In this document: one piece after another, positions 45,598 through 55,910 of the stretch | Layout of the letters: each line of letters begins with the position of its first letter | Position numbering within the stretch: the stretch's first letter is position 1 | DNA from: a virus | Taxonomy: Duplodnaviria; Caudoviricetes | DNA: 55,910 bases | Direction: 5' to 3' (one strand) | Virus record (IMG/VR): IMGVR_UViG_3300036779_000083 | Span: 1 to 55,910 of that record | The notes under the pieces: model-generated | Seen by the model: the letters and a program-made list of their open reading frames with translations, nothing else | Told to the model about the DNA's origin: nothing | Database searches by the model: none | Position numbers and translations under genes: made by a program

Positions 45598-46626
45598 GTG
45601 GCTTCAAATCTTGTTTCAACGACACCGACAAGATTCCCGGTCATCCGCCCCGACCTGTTGCCGCCGATGGCGGTGCTTGAATCGATCTCGACCGAAGACA
45701 TCATTGCAAATAGAATGCAAAGTCTAGTTACATTTTGGGCGGAGAACGATCCGCCCAACGCCGCGCAGTACGATGTCGGCGGCCTCGAATTCGATCCGAT
45801 CCGCATCAACCAAGAACTCAATGCCTATTACGAGCTGATGCTGCGCGACCGGGTGAACCAAGCCTGTCGCGCGATGACCTTGGCGTTTGCCGTCGGCAGC
45901 GACCTCGACGCGATCGGCTCGCGCTATCCGTACGGCGTGCCGCGGCTCGTCTTTCCCGACGGCACGACCGAGACCGACGACGCCTATCGCCAGCGGCTGT
46001 GGCTGTCGCCGTCGATCTTCAGCTTGTCGGGGACCGGGCAGGGCACCTTCGAGTCGTACGTGTTCTGGGCGCTCTCTGCGCCGATGCCGCCCGGTGAGGA
46101 TTCGATCAAGCATGCCTCGGCGCTGACCACGCCCGGTACGGGTTACGTCTACATCCCGATCATCAGCTCGACCTGCAGCAATCCGAACATGGTGTGGTCG
46201 TCGTCGCCGGACGGCACCATCTGGACGCTGATCCCCGGCACCCTGCCGCTGCCGGATGCAAACCAGATCAACGCGGTCCAGCAGTTCATCACCGCGCCCA
46301 ACACCGCCCGCAAAGGGCTTACCGACGTGGTGGTGACGATGACGCCGAAGATCATCAACACTACGATCAATTGCGACGTGTGGCTGTTCCCCGGCGTCGA
46401 CATGATGACGTTGATGGGCCAGATCGCTGCGGCGGTCGGTGCACTGGTCACCGCGCTGCGCTGGCTCGGCGCCGATCTCACGCTGCTGTCGCTCGACGGT
46501 GCGCTCGCCCAGGCCGGCGTCTACGATCGTACCACCTACCAGCCGACTGCCGATGTCATCGTCGGCATCGACGGCGTCGTCAACATCACCCAGGTGACGC
46601 TGCGCTATCGCGGCACGGGTGAGTAA
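45598..46626 (+). CDS. Baseplate assembly protein J (P2 gpJ-like)
   Basis: LRDRVNQA, AVGSDLDAIG, ETDDAYRQR, YVFWALSA, LTDVV. Confidence 0.88.
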   Translation: MASNLVSTTPTRFPVIRPDLLPPMAVLESISTEDIIANRMQSLVTFWAENDPPNAAQYDVGGLEFDPIRINQELNAYYELMLRDRVNQACRAMTLAFAVGSDLDAIGSRYPYGVPRLVFPDGTTETDDAYRQRLWLSPSIFSLSGTGQGTFESYVFWALSAPMPPGEDSIKHASALTTPGTGYVYIPIISSTCSNPNMVWSSSPDGTIWTLIPGTLPLPDANQINAVQQFITAPNTARKGLTDVVVTMTPKIINTTINCDVWLFPGVDMMTLMGQIAAAVGALVTALRWLGADLTLLSLDGALAQAGVYDRTTYQPTADVIVGIDGVVNITQVTLRYRGTGE

Positions 46627-46631
46627 CCGCG

Positions 46632-49600
46632 ATGGCCATTGCGCTTCGTGGCACTGTCCTCAAAGCGAGCAACAACAACGGCACTGATGTCACGATCAGC
46701 CTGACCTCGCTCGGGCTGCAGCCCGGTGATGTGCTGCTCGCGTTTATCGGATTGTGTGCGGGTCCCGACAACATCAGCGGCGGCACCGCCATCAGGTCGC
46801 CGGCCGGGTGGAACGACTGCGGGCTCGGTAACTGGAACGATCTGAACAACAACACGAATTACTTCTCGTGCCAATTCAAAGTGATGGGGTCGACGCCCGA
46901 CACCGGCGTGACCTCGGTGGGCGGCGGCGGTAGCGCCGATGTCAATCTGCTTGTCGTCATGGCGTTCTCCGGCGTCGACACCGTCCATCCGCTTGGTGGC
47001 GGCACACCGCAGGCGATCAACGGTGGCTATAGCCCCGTCAAGGCGCCGTCAATCCCGCTGGTTGTCACCAATGCTGCCGTCGTTCTTGGGGCGCTTGGTC
47101 CCTGCAAGTTCGGCACCAAAGGAACGATCGCCAACTACACGGTCGATCCCGGCACCGACAACGAGAATCCCAACGGCAGTCTGCTGGCATCGCTCGCCGA
47201 CGCCTACCGCATCATGGTGGGCGGCAGTGGCACCACCGAAATCCCGCCAGCATGGTCGGCGTGGAGCAGCAGCGGCTATTGGCTCGCCTTTACGTTGGCG
47301 CTCAAGCCTGGGATCACCGCCACTGCATTTACAGCCGGCAGCTTCGCGGTCGGCTCGCCATCGATTGGCTCGCCGACGTTCGGGTTGGTGTCGAGCAATC
47401 TCACCACGCCTGGGTTGACTGTCGGCTCGCCGGTGATCCCGTCGCTCGGCTTTGGCGAGAAGTTCGTCGCGGTCGGCCTCACCGTCGGCTCGCCGCAGTT
47501 CAACACCTCGAATTACATTTCGCTGCCGTCGCCGATCCTGCGCACGCCGGTCAATGCGGCGGCGCCGACGCCGTACATGACGCAGCTGGACTATGGCGAT
47601 CTCGCGCATTCGCTGATCACGATCGGCAGTCCCAATCTCACGCTCGTTCTGTTCGGTCCCGACGGCAAGCTATATCGGGACAACACTGCCGCGGAGCCGA
47701 CTCAGGCGTTCAACACCGGCGATTATATCGTCTACGCGCCGACCACCACCGTCACCTCCTACATTTGGGGTTTCATCGGCGGCGTTTGGTATTACTTCCG
47801 CGGTGCCGACAATACTTTCTATGTGTGGAATACCGGTCCGGCGCCGCAGCCGACCAATGGTCCGGCGATCCCCGGCCTACCGCTCGATCTCGCCGTCGGT
47901 TCACCAGTCTTCGGCAACACGCTTGCGGCGATGCCGGTCGGCAATGTCGCGCCATCGCCGATCGGGCAGTGGCTGCCGAACACCAGCCCGCAATATTGCC
48001 TTGTCACTGCGGCTGGCGACATCTGGTCGATCGACGGCAGCGGTGGTGTCTGGCGCAACGCGGTCCTCGTCAATCCGAGTGGCCCATCGCTCACCCACTA
48101 CACCGATCTCATTCAGTACGCGCCGACCACCAACGGTGAAACCTCGAACATCTGGGCGTTCGTGCAGAACGCGTGGCTCTACTACGACACCACCACCGCA
48201 CAGTTCTATTCGCCCAACAGTGGCCCTTATCCGCAGGCGACCAATCAGCCGCAATGGGCGTTCACCGCGCAGTCGATCACGGTCGGATCGCCGTCGATCC
48301 CGACGCTGTTCATGGCGCCGCTGTCGCCGAACGGCGTGGTGCTGGTCGGGCAGAACTACACCATCATCGCCGCTGATGGGACGCAGGCCGGCCTCGTCGG
48401 CAACGAGGTCTACGTCAACGGCGTCGACTCTAGCTTCTCGGTCGACGGCGGCATCGAGATCGTCAACGGCCTGCTGTACGCCTGGAATGCCTCGACCAAT
48501 ACGTGGTTCCTCTATCATGTTGGCGTCTGGGTGGCGGTCTCGCCGCCGCCCGCGCGCATCCTCACCACTCCCGCGCTGACCGTCGGCTCGCCGAGCTTCG
48601 GCGCGCAGGCGATGACGCAACTCCATCCGATGCCGGTGGTCGGCCTCACCGTCGGCTCGCCGGTGTTCGGTGGCGTCTACACCAGCGCCACGCCGCTCGG
48701 CGGCGCGATCTGGGCGCCGACTGGTGGTGCGCTGATCACCGGCGTCGGCATCATCTGGGATTTCGGTCTCTCGCCGCCCGGCGATCCCAACAACAAATGG
48801 GTACTGCGCAACGGCGCCAATCCGTACGGCACGGCGCTGGCGGGCTACGAGATCGTCACCGACACCTCTGGCGTGGTGTGGGTGAAGGCTTACAACGGGC
48901 AGTGGTACTACGACTCCGGCACCGCGATGGTGCCATGGCCGGCGCCGCCCAAGATGGCGATGCCCGCCGCCGTCGGCTTCGCCGTAGGAAGCCCCGCCGT
49001 CGGGCTGCCGCTGCCCGTGGTGACGTGGTTCAACGTCTATGGGTTCTCGGTCGGGTCGCCAGAAATCGGCGTCCCAGGCTTCCTGGGCGTCACCACGATG
49101 CCCGATCCGGTGGGCATCTGGATCGGGCCGTCGTCGATCGGGGTGGCGTGGCCGCAAGCGGGCGAGGTCAACCACCTCACGGCGCTCGATCTTGTTCCTT
49201 GGGTTCCCGACATTGGGACCATGCCGCTGGCGGTGGCGCTGGCCGGCAACGAGATCGGTACCACCGATCCGATCATCCGGCCGCTCGACCAGCACACCGG
49301 CTCGGTGCTGCTCTACCGCGCCGCCTCGGGGTTGGAAAAGGCGATGGCCGATGTCGACGGCTTCCGCCTCACCGCGACCTACGCCGAGATCATCAAAGAC
49401 CAGTGGGACCCCAACGCGATCTCGTACCAGAACCTGCCCTACCTTGCCTATGCGATGGGCGTGAACCTGTGGGAGGCCGATTGGAGCGAGGCGTTCCGCC
49501 GCTACTGGGTAGCGAACCAATGGACGCTCAAGCAAATCCGCGGCTCGCTGTACGGCATCTCGACCTACGTCGCCGCGGTCGGCGGCACCGTCAAGAGCGC

Positions 49601-50687
49601 GATCGTCCCGCCGGCCAAGTTCTTTCCCGGCCCGAGCTACACCGATGCCGAGCGCGCCGCCTACGTCGCCCGCTTCCCGCAGCTGCGGCTCTATCCGTAT
49701 GTCGCGCGGGTCGAGCTTGCGTACATATGCTGCTGCTCGAAATTCATCTCTGGGCTGCCGCCCAACGAAACGCGCACCTTCAACAAGAATGGTTGCTTCA
49801 CCGGGCCGCTGTGGAAGTTCTATCCGACCGCGCAGGATGCCGGCGGGCGCTACACCCGCACCGCGGTGCTATACGATTCGGCGACCGGCATCGAGACGCC
49901 GCTGACCTATCGCACCACCACCACGGTCGATCTGTCCGGCGCGACCCAGACCGTTGCCGAGATCACCGTGCCAGCGCAGAGCCCGAACACATGGTTTGTT
50001 GGTGATCCGAATCGCTATCCGCTGCCTGCCACACATCCGCCGCGCACGACGCAGAATCAGCACTCGATCTTCCTCGGCGCCGATCTGTCGGTCGCCGCGC
50101 GCACCATCCAAGTCGTGGTGCCGACGACCAGCGAGATCGGTTACTCGAAGGCGATCTACCAGACCATCAGCTGGGGCGACGAGAAGCTGATCGATCTTTA
50201 CCCAGACACGATCAACGAGACCCACACGTTCTCGAAATATGGGCTCGCCTGCGGAGCGCCTCCCAGCATGGGCCGCATCTATCTGATGGGCGGCAGTGTC
50301 GGCAAAAGCTACTTGGTGGCGTCGGTAGCGTGGCAGTTCACCTATATGGTTTGGTACCTGTTCGATCCGTCGCGCGTGCCCGACTATCGCAAGGCCAGCG
50401 TCTACATGGGCCATGCACAATTCGGGCAGCCGAAGTACACCGCCAAGATCAAGATCGATGTCGGCGAGGTGTGGAAGCCGTGGTACTTCTCCGGCACCCG
50501 CTTCATCCGCGGTTTTTGGCATCCGATCGACACCAGTCGCATCGACGCGGTGCGCCGCGCCGTTACCGCGGCGATGGCCGAGCGTGACACCGTCGGGATC
50601 GACACTGCGGTCAAACGCGTGATCAACACCAACGACAGCCTGCCGTGCGACGGGACGTTCACCGTTGGCGAATGGGTTGACGCCTGA
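46632..50687 (+). CDS. P2 gpI-like baseplate/tail protein with ~880-aa N-terminal extension
   Basis: WDPNAI--NLPYLAYAMGVNLW...KQIRGS; many TVGSP repeats. Confidence 0.8.
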   Translation: MAIALRGTVLKASNNNGTDVTISLTSLGLQPGDVLLAFIGLCAGPDNISGGTAIRSPAGWNDCGLGNWNDLNNNTNYFSCQFKVMGSTPDTGVTSVGGGGSADVNLLVVMAFSGVDTVHPLGGGTPQAINGGYSPVKAPSIPLVVTNAAVVLGALGPCKFGTKGTIANYTVDPGTDNENPNGSLLASLADAYRIMVGGSGTTEIPPAWSAWSSSGYWLAFTLALKPGITATAFTAGSFAVGSPSIGSPTFGLVSSNLTTPGLTVGSPVIPSLGFGEKFVAVGLTVGSPQFNTSNYISLPSPILRTPVNAAAPTPYMTQLDYGDLAHSLITIGSPNLTLVLFGPDGKLYRDNTAAEPTQAFNTGDYIVYAPTTTVTSYIWGFIGGVWYYFRGADNTFYVWNTGPAPQPTNGPAIPGLPLDLAVGSPVFGNTLAAMPVGNVAPSPIGQWLPNTSPQYCLVTAAGDIWSIDGSGGVWRNAVLVNPSGPSLTHYTDLIQYAPTTNGETSNIWAFVQNAWLYYDTTTAQFYSPNSGPYPQATNQPQWAFTAQSITVGSPSIPTLFMAPLSPNGVVLVGQNYTIIAADGTQAGLVGNEVYVNGVDSSFSVDGGIEIVNGLLYAWNASTNTWFLYHVGVWVAVSPPPARILTTPALTVGSPSFGAQAMTQLHPMPVVGLTVGSPVFGGVYTSATPLGGAIWAPTGGALITGVGIIWDFGLSPPGDPNNKWVLRNGANPYGTALAGYEIVTDTSGVVWVKAYNGQWYYDSGTAMVPWPAPPKMAMPAAVGFAVGSPAVGLPLPVVTWFNVYGFSVGSPEIGVPGFLGVTTMPDPVGIWIGPSSIGVAWPQAGEVNHLTALDLVPWVPDIGTMPLAVALAGNEIGTTDPIIRPLDQHTGSVLLYRAASGLEKAMADVDGFRLTATYAEIIKDQWDPNAISYQNLPYLAYAMGVNLWEADWSEAFRRYWVANQWTLKQIRGSLYGISTYVAAVGGTVKSAIVPPAKFFPGPSYTDAERAAYVARFPQLRLYPYVARVELAYICCCSKFISGLPPNETRTFNKNGCFTGPLWKFYPTAQDAGGRYTRTAVLYDSATGIETPLTYRTTTTVDLSGATQTVAEITVPAQSPNTWFVGDPNRYPLPATHPPRTTQNQHSIFLGADLSVAARTIQVVVPTTSEIGYSKAIYQTISWGDEKLIDLYPDTINETHTFSKYGLACGAPPSMGRIYLMGGSVGKSYLVASVAWQFTYMVWYLFDPSRVPDYRKASVYMGHAQFGQPKYTAKIKIDVGEVWKPWYFSGTRFIRGFWHPIDTSRIDAVRRAVTAAMAERDTVGIDTAVKRVINTNDSLPCDGTFTVGEWVDA

Positions 50688-50705
50688 AACCTCAAGGAGA
50701 GCGTA

Positions 50706-53189
50706 ATGCCCGAAAACGAAGTCATCTTCCGTGACAATCAAGAGGTCCAGGCGGCCGACTTCAACAACATGCAAGATTGGCTCGGTCAGTCGCTCGATGA
50801 TGTCGTGCTCGATGCCATCGAGCCGGGGCAGGCTTACACTGGCTTCGGGCTCTCGAAGACCGCACCGACTCAGGTCAGCGTGGCGCCGGGCCGTGTCTAT
50901 TCGGCAGGCGCCGTCTACGTGCGCACCGATACGGTGACGCTCGACACCTTCAATGTGCTGCCGGTCACCCAGAAGAAACAGATCGCGGTGGTGGCGTGGG
51001 GTACTACGATCACCCAAGACACCCAGCCGCGCGACTTCATCATCGACGCCGACACCGGCGAGGCGCAGCCGCAATCGGTCGACATGACGACGACGCGGTA
51101 TGCCAACGTCGACCTCGTGCCTGGGGTCGAGAGCGCATCGCCGCAATATCCGGTGATTGATGTGAGCGATGTGCTGATCGGCTACGTGTTGTGCGATCCG
51201 ACCGGCATCGTCTCGCTCCAGCAATCGACCGTTAATCAACTCGACAATATTTCCGACCTGTCGAACAAGATCACTTCGCTCAACAACTGGGCTTCGACGG
51301 TCAACGGTCAGATCGCCACCTTGACCTCGGCGCTCGCTGCACTCGCTGCGCAGCTCAAGAACTACACGCTGCTCACCGATTTCCAGAAGCTGGTCACGCT
51401 GGTCAACCAGATTTGGGACCTGATCCATCAGCCGCCGGCCTTTGTGTGGTACGGCACCGACTACTTCCTTGACACCTCGCAGAGCTACACCACCGGCAAT
51501 GTCGATGGTGCCTACAACGCGCGGATCGAAGAGGGGTTGCAATTCCCCGGTGGCACCGGCACCACCACCGCGACGCTGTCGCTGCTCAATCCGCAGGACC
51601 CCGGTGCGCAGATGGCCGCCGACGGCTTCACCTTGCCGACGCCATCCGGCGCACGGGTGCGCATGGATTGCTCGTTTCCCGACTATCCGTGGATCGAGGA
51701 GCGGCTGCTGCAGTACATCTACACCGCGTTCACCCTGCGCTACCTGCATCCGTCACGGCATCGCTTTCGCTGCGGCGGGCTGTGGCCGGTGTGTCCGCCT
51801 GCGCAAGTGTGGTGGTATCAAGCCCAGCTCGATCCGACGACGCGCATCCTGTCGTTCCTCTCCGAGACCTGGGAGGTCACCGAGTGGGCCGAGATCGCGG
51901 CACACCAAGAAGACGATGTCGATTGGCCGCGCCACCAATTCGGCCGTTGGCAATACTATTGGCGCGATTATGTCGACCTGCCTTATTGGGCGAAGGTGTT
52001 CGACAACTTCGATCACTCCGGGCAGCACGTCGCGCAGACGTTCTTGAATGCGCAGGACGGCTGGCTGTGCGGCGTCACCACGTTCATGAATGCCGCTACC
52101 GCGGCGCCGCTCGACGTGTTGATCGCGGGGTGTGACGATCAGGGTCAACCGGATCACATCAATCAGACGATCCGCCGTGTTGTCCTACAGGCGAGCGATG
52201 TCACCAACTGCTTCTCCACCCCGTTCTTTGTCGGTGACATCTGGCAGGGCAATTTCTATGGGGCGACTTACGCGCAATACGTGGCGGGACAAGGTCCCCT
52301 GTTGGCGTACCTTGGAATCGTCATCCCGGTCTACATCTTCCCGCTGCGCATCAACTTCCAGCCGGTATTCTTGCAGGCTGGCAAGCGCTACTCGATTTCG
52401 TTCGTGTCGACCGGCGATCACCGGTTCTGCATCTCGGATCGCTGGGAGTGCATGGCGATCCATCAGGGCAACTACTGGGTCAACGGCTCGGGCGGGCTCT
52501 ATCTGTGGCCTTCGCTGACCTCGCCGAAGACCTTGCGCTTCTTGCTGTATTACGCGACCTGGGGCCAATGGCAGAACAATCCCAGCGCCTCGGGCGGTGG
52601 AGTCCGTATGGAGCTGCAGCTGCAGCCCCTGCAGAAGGCGGGCGGGATTGCTGGTATCGACGTGCTCGCAGATACCATCATCCCGGCCGTTTGCGACCTG
52701 TCCTACCAAATCCAACTCAATGGCGTGTGGCAGCCGTTCTCCGAAGACCCCAACACGCCGCAGCTCGCATCGCTGCCGCCGCTGCTGCCGTTCAAGGCGG
52801 TGTTCACCGGCACCACCGATCTGATGCCGGGCATCTCGTTCACTCAGAGCCAAGTGACGCTGACCGGTGGAATGTCCAACAACTTCCACCACATTTCGCA
52901 GCCGATCTCGATCGCCGGGGCGTGCACCCACGTCAAGGTCGTCGCCAAGCTGATGGCCTTCGACACCACCCACCACAGCTGCGTTTGCTCGATCCACTTC
53001 GGCACCACGCACGCGCAGCCCGATATCGTCGGCGATGCGGTGCAGAGCGACGGCTCGATCGATCGCACGTGGACATTCAATCAGTCGATCGCGGCGCTTG
53101 GCTCGTTCTATGTCGAGTTCGACGGCACCACCGACGGGGCGATCCCCGGCCGCTTCACCGTCGCCTCGCGCGTCGCCTACGCCGATTAA
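50706..53189 (+). CDS. Baseplate/tail fibre structural protein
   Basis: AAGGAG RBS; follows gpI; VAQTF motif and coiled coil. Confidence 0.7.
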   Translation: MPENEVIFRDNQEVQAADFNNMQDWLGQSLDDVVLDAIEPGQAYTGFGLSKTAPTQVSVAPGRVYSAGAVYVRTDTVTLDTFNVLPVTQKKQIAVVAWGTTITQDTQPRDFIIDADTGEAQPQSVDMTTTRYANVDLVPGVESASPQYPVIDVSDVLIGYVLCDPTGIVSLQQSTVNQLDNISDLSNKITSLNNWASTVNGQIATLTSALAALAAQLKNYTLLTDFQKLVTLVNQIWDLIHQPPAFVWYGTDYFLDTSQSYTTGNVDGAYNARIEEGLQFPGGTGTTTATLSLLNPQDPGAQMAADGFTLPTPSGARVRMDCSFPDYPWIEERLLQYIYTAFTLRYLHPSRHRFRCGGLWPVCPPAQVWWYQAQLDPTTRILSFLSETWEVTEWAEIAAHQEDDVDWPRHQFGRWQYYWRDYVDLPYWAKVFDNFDHSGQHVAQTFLNAQDGWLCGVTTFMNAATAAPLDVLIAGCDDQGQPDHINQTIRRVVLQASDVTNCFSTPFFVGDIWQGNFYGATYAQYVAGQGPLLAYLGIVIPVYIFPLRINFQPVFLQAGKRYSISFVSTGDHRFCISDRWECMAIHQGNYWVNGSGGLYLWPSLTSPKTLRFLLYYATWGQWQNNPSASGGGVRMELQLQPLQKAGGIAGIDVLADTIIPAVCDLSYQIQLNGVWQPFSEDPNTPQLASLPPLLPFKAVFTGTTDLMPGISFTQSQVTLTGGMSNNFHHISQPISIAGACTHVKVVAKLMAFDTTHHSCVCSIHFGTTHAQPDIVGDAVQSDGSIDRTWTFNQSIAALGSFYVEFDGTTDGAIPGRFTVASRVAYAD

Positions 53190-53202
53190 AAGGGAGGGTC
53201 CC

Positions 53203-53379
53203 ATGATCTATTGGGCGATCACTGTCAACGGCTCCTTCGTCTATGCCAACGTGCAGTTTACGCCGATGAAGACCTACTATGTCAGCGATGCGATCTATCA
53301 GACCGCCGACATCGGCGACGGCTCGACCTTCGCCTCGCATTGTGCGACCGCGCAACAGACCACCGGCAGCCCGGGGTAA
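53203..53379 (+). CDS. Small tail-region protein
   Basis: GGGAGG RBS. Confidence 0.5.
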   Translation: MIYWAITVNGSFVYANVQFTPMKTYYVSDAIYQTADIGDGSTFASHCATAQQTTGSPG

Positions 53380-53385
53380 ATCAAA

Positions 53386-54699
53386 ATGACCGGTCCCGTC
53401 ATTGCGATGAAAGACCTGCAGGTCGATGTTGCAGGTGACGTGCTCGACTACATTTTCTTCAATCAGCGCTTCCTCATCATCACCAATTCGATCAACGGTC
53501 TCGCTGCGCGTCAGGACACCTACGAGTCGACGATCGCCGACATGACGCAGCTCGCCCTCGATCGCACCAACATGGTGCTGGGGCCGTTCCTCGAACAACT
53601 GCAGGCCGCTGCGACGCTCGGTTTTCTGGTCGCCGAAGCGTGGGGTGCGCCGATCCAGCTCGCCGTCAACACCGATCTGCAGTTCACCTGCACCTCGGCT
53701 GGTCTCGCGGTGTTCACGCCGACGCCGTACGTGCTGGCGCTCGACGAGCTGGACTCCACCAACTGGGGCATTCTGTCGACCACCTCGTACAATCCGAACA
53801 ACGGGCAGTATGTCGGCCACGTCATCTTCTGCACCAAGACCCAGCAGAGCGATAAGTGGTCGCTGTCGGACAACTCGGCGCTGCCGGCGGCGCTGCTGGA
53901 CCTGCTCACCCAGGCGCAGACGGCGGCGACCGCGGCACAGAACGCCGCAAACGAGGTGGATGCCTCGATCGGTAATCTCACCGAGCTGATCCAGATCGTG
54001 CAGAATGGTCCGGTGGTCACGGTGTGCGGCAAGGCCGGCGTGGTGACTTTGGTGCCGGCCGACATCACCGGCCTTGTCGACGCGCTCAACACCTATGCTA
54101 CGGTCGGGGCGCTCAACACCGGGCTGGCGCAAAAGCAAGCGGTGTCGGCGCTGCTCACCGCGTTCGCCGCACTGACATCGGCCGCCGACAAGAATATGTA
54201 CTTCACCGGCGTCGGCACCATGTCGCTGACGACCTACACCGCATTCGCGCGCCAGATGGACGGCGCTCCCGATGCGCCGACCGCGCGCGGCATCCTCCAA
54301 CTCGGCGATGTCGCGACCCATTCGGCGTCCGAGTTCGTGACGGTGGCCGGACTGCCATCGACGTGGATCACCACGACCCAGGTTCAGCCGGTCTTCGACG
54401 ATCAGACGGTGACGAGCTTCGCGCTCGGCGAGGCCGACTGGGGCCGCGTCGTCACATTCACCAACACGGCGCCGATCTCGTGCGTGCTGCAGGCCAACAT
54501 CACCAAGGGCTGGAACGTGCTGGTGTGCCAAGCCGGCGCCGGTCAGATCGCATTCTCGGCCGTCGCCGGTGTCACGCTGGTTAACCGGCAGAGTCAGTAC
54601 AAGTCGGCGGGCCAATATGCGATGTTGTCGCTGCTGTGCCTCTCGAATACCACCGGCAGCAATCCGGTGATCGTGCTCGGCGGGGATACCTCGGCATGA
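53386..54699 (+). CDS. Tail fibre protein
   Basis: VVTVCGKAGVVTL, LTAFAALTSAADK--YFTG, CQAGAGQI fibre motifs. Confidence 0.75.
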   Translation: MTGPVIAMKDLQVDVAGDVLDYIFFNQRFLIITNSINGLAARQDTYESTIADMTQLALDRTNMVLGPFLEQLQAAATLGFLVAEAWGAPIQLAVNTDLQFTCTSAGLAVFTPTPYVLALDELDSTNWGILSTTSYNPNNGQYVGHVIFCTKTQQSDKWSLSDNSALPAALLDLLTQAQTAATAAQNAANEVDASIGNLTELIQIVQNGPVVTVCGKAGVVTLVPADITGLVDALNTYATVGALNTGLAQKQAVSALLTAFAALTSAADKNMYFTGVGTMSLTTYTAFARQMDGAPDAPTARGILQLGDVATHSASEFVTVAGLPSTWITTTQVQPVFDDQTVTSFALGEADWGRVVTFTNTAPISCVLQANITKGWNVLVCQAGAGQIAFSAVAGVTLVNRQSQYKSAGQYAMLSLLCLSNTTGSNPVIVLGGDTSA

Positions 54700-55088
54700 T
54701 CGTCCTGCCGACCTGTTTCGGCTTTGTCAAAGCGTCGGTGAAGATAAGCACGCCGTTGCTGACATTCGATGCGCCCGCCGCGATCCCGGTGCCGACAGCC
54801 GGACCATACACCGTCTACGCCACCGCGCACGTCGCCGGTGGCCCGTTCTGGATTGAGTGGCAGAACCAGAGCAATCCAATCATCACCGCGGGCGGCCTCT
54901 CGACCGACAAGGTCCACAATGTGACGGGCATGACCGTCACCACCGGCATGGTGCTCTATGGCTTCGGCACCATTCACAACCCGGTCGCGGGCAATGCTTA
55001 CGAGATCACCTATCTGCTGAAGACGGTGCAGGGCGGTACACTGATTGGCAGCGCCTACTGGTACCTCAGCACGCTTCCCGGCAACTGA
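54696..55088 (+). CDS. Hypothetical tail-associated protein
   Basis: ATGA-coupled. Confidence 0.55.
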   Translation: MIVLPTCFGFVKASVKISTPLLTFDAPAAIPVPTAGPYTVYATAHVAGGPFWIEWQNQSNPIITAGGLSTDKVHNVTGMTVTTGMVLYGFGTIHNPVAGNAYEITYLLKTVQGGTLIGSAYWYLSTLPGN

Positions 55089-55100
55089 CGAGGACATGCG

Positions 55101-55346
55101 ATGAATGGCGGCTACACCTACGACTATTCGCGGCTGCGCGTCGATGGGGTGCAATCCATCGTCATCAGCAACATCTCGCCCGATCCGAATTCGACCGAGT
55201 ACGTGCGGGTGATCCAGATTTACACCGACCCGGCGACCAACATGAACCGGCGTCCAGTCGTCGAGGTCGCGGTCTATGGCGGCGATCAGCAGGTCGCCGA
55301 TCAGACGGCATTGGAGATTACTATTCCCGGCGGCGTGGAGTTCTGA
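55101..55346 (+). CDS. Hypothetical protein
   Basis: GAGGA RBS. Confidence 0.55.
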   Translation: MNGGYTYDYSRLRVDGVQSIVISNISPDPNSTEYVRVIQIYTDPATNMNRRPVVEVAVYGGDQQVADQTALEITIPGGVEF

Positions 55347-55348
55347 CG

Positions 55349-55910
55349 ATGCCGATCGGTCATGTCGTCATCAACAACGTGATGTATGGCGATCCGACGG
55401 CGGGTTTGACATGGCAGCTCCGCCTCGGCGGCGGTGGCAGCGATGCCTACCTCTACAATGTCTGGGGGCAGATCGCTGGCGCCCCGCAGGCTTACGCGAT
55501 CGGCGCGCAGAACGGCATGAACTTCGTGCGCGCGTCGCGAACCGGGCTGTTCGTTCCGGGCGAATTCTATCGGCAATCGCCGAACGGTGCAGTGGTCGCC
55601 GCACCGACCGGTGCGCCGGCAACTGGTCAGAGTTTCGACAATATGCTGGGTGCCTGGGCGCTGCGGCAGAGTGGTTCGACCTGCCCGATCAGCCCGATCT
55701 CGATTCCGTTCCGGACGCCGCATCTCATTCCGCAGGGCTTGATCAACGTCGCGATCTGGAGCTGGACGCTGGCGACTTATAACGGCGCCAACGCAACCGA
55801 TCCGCAGCAGTGCATCGAGACCGCGTTGCATCTGGTGTTCGATTGGGAGAGCACGCCGCCGCCGGTCGTTAGTCCCAGCCCTTCCGGGCCGGGGACGGTG
55901 ATCGTCCAGA
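55349..55910 (+). CDS. Partial hypothetical protein (runs off window end)
   Basis: GGAG RBS, ATG at 55349, frame open to window end (MPIGHVVINNVMYGDPT...). Confidence 0.55.
   Translation, partial: MPIGHVVINNVMYGDPTAGLTWQLRLGGGGSDAYLYNVWGQIAGAPQAYAIGAQNGMNFVRASRTGLFVPGEFYRQSPNGAVVAAPTGAPATGQSFDNMLGAWALRQSGSTCPISPISIPFRTPHLIPQGLINVAIWSWTLATYNGANATDPQQCIETALHLVFDWESTPPPVVSPSPSGPGTVIVQ

Noticed and set aside
46147-46170. Partial match of unit 2 (GT.TA.AT.CC) in the gpJ gene
   Set aside because: Only the first four dinucleotides match, which is expected by chance.
1-55910. Integrase, att sites, tRNAs, tail sheath, tail tube and tape measure genes
   Set aside because: None recognised in this window; they may lie outside it, so lifestyle cannot be determined.

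Overview
GC-rich tailed-phage (or prophage) segment. The GapR-like, Rap1a-like and SSB genes suggest an alphaproteobacterial host, and the P2-like baseplate suggests a contractile tail. Left to right: (i) a leftward operon of a RAMP/Cas7-like gene (1000-1875), a conserved accessory gene (472-996) and a non-coding array of 5-nt (GGY-like + NN) repeats cut into 49-79 nt units (1-421, truncated by the window edge); (ii) a divergent rightward early/replication region with a Cro-like repressor, GapR-like protein, two adenine methyltransferases, RuvC-like resolvase, replication initiator with iterons, split T7 gp4-like primase-helicase, MazG-like protein, endolysin and SSB; (iii) a leftward accessory cluster (16.6-22 kb) with DUF932 and Rap1a-like genes; (iv) packaging, head and baseplate genes (terminases, MuF-like protein, portal with an ADP-ribosyltransferase-like tail, DUF2213 protease, DUF2184 capsid, two HNH genes, gpV/gpW/gpJ/gpI, fibres). 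The standout is the repeat array. Its variable dinucleotides, read as NN-x-NN-x, appear to spell gapped target sequences. Unit 1 matches the adjacent RAMP gene at 15/16 nt with the gaps on codon wobble positions, and unit 5 spells a Toprim primase motif different from the phage's own. This suggests an RNA-guided, non-contiguous-code targeting system (VIPR-like). All calls come from reading motifs by eye; no database searches were run.
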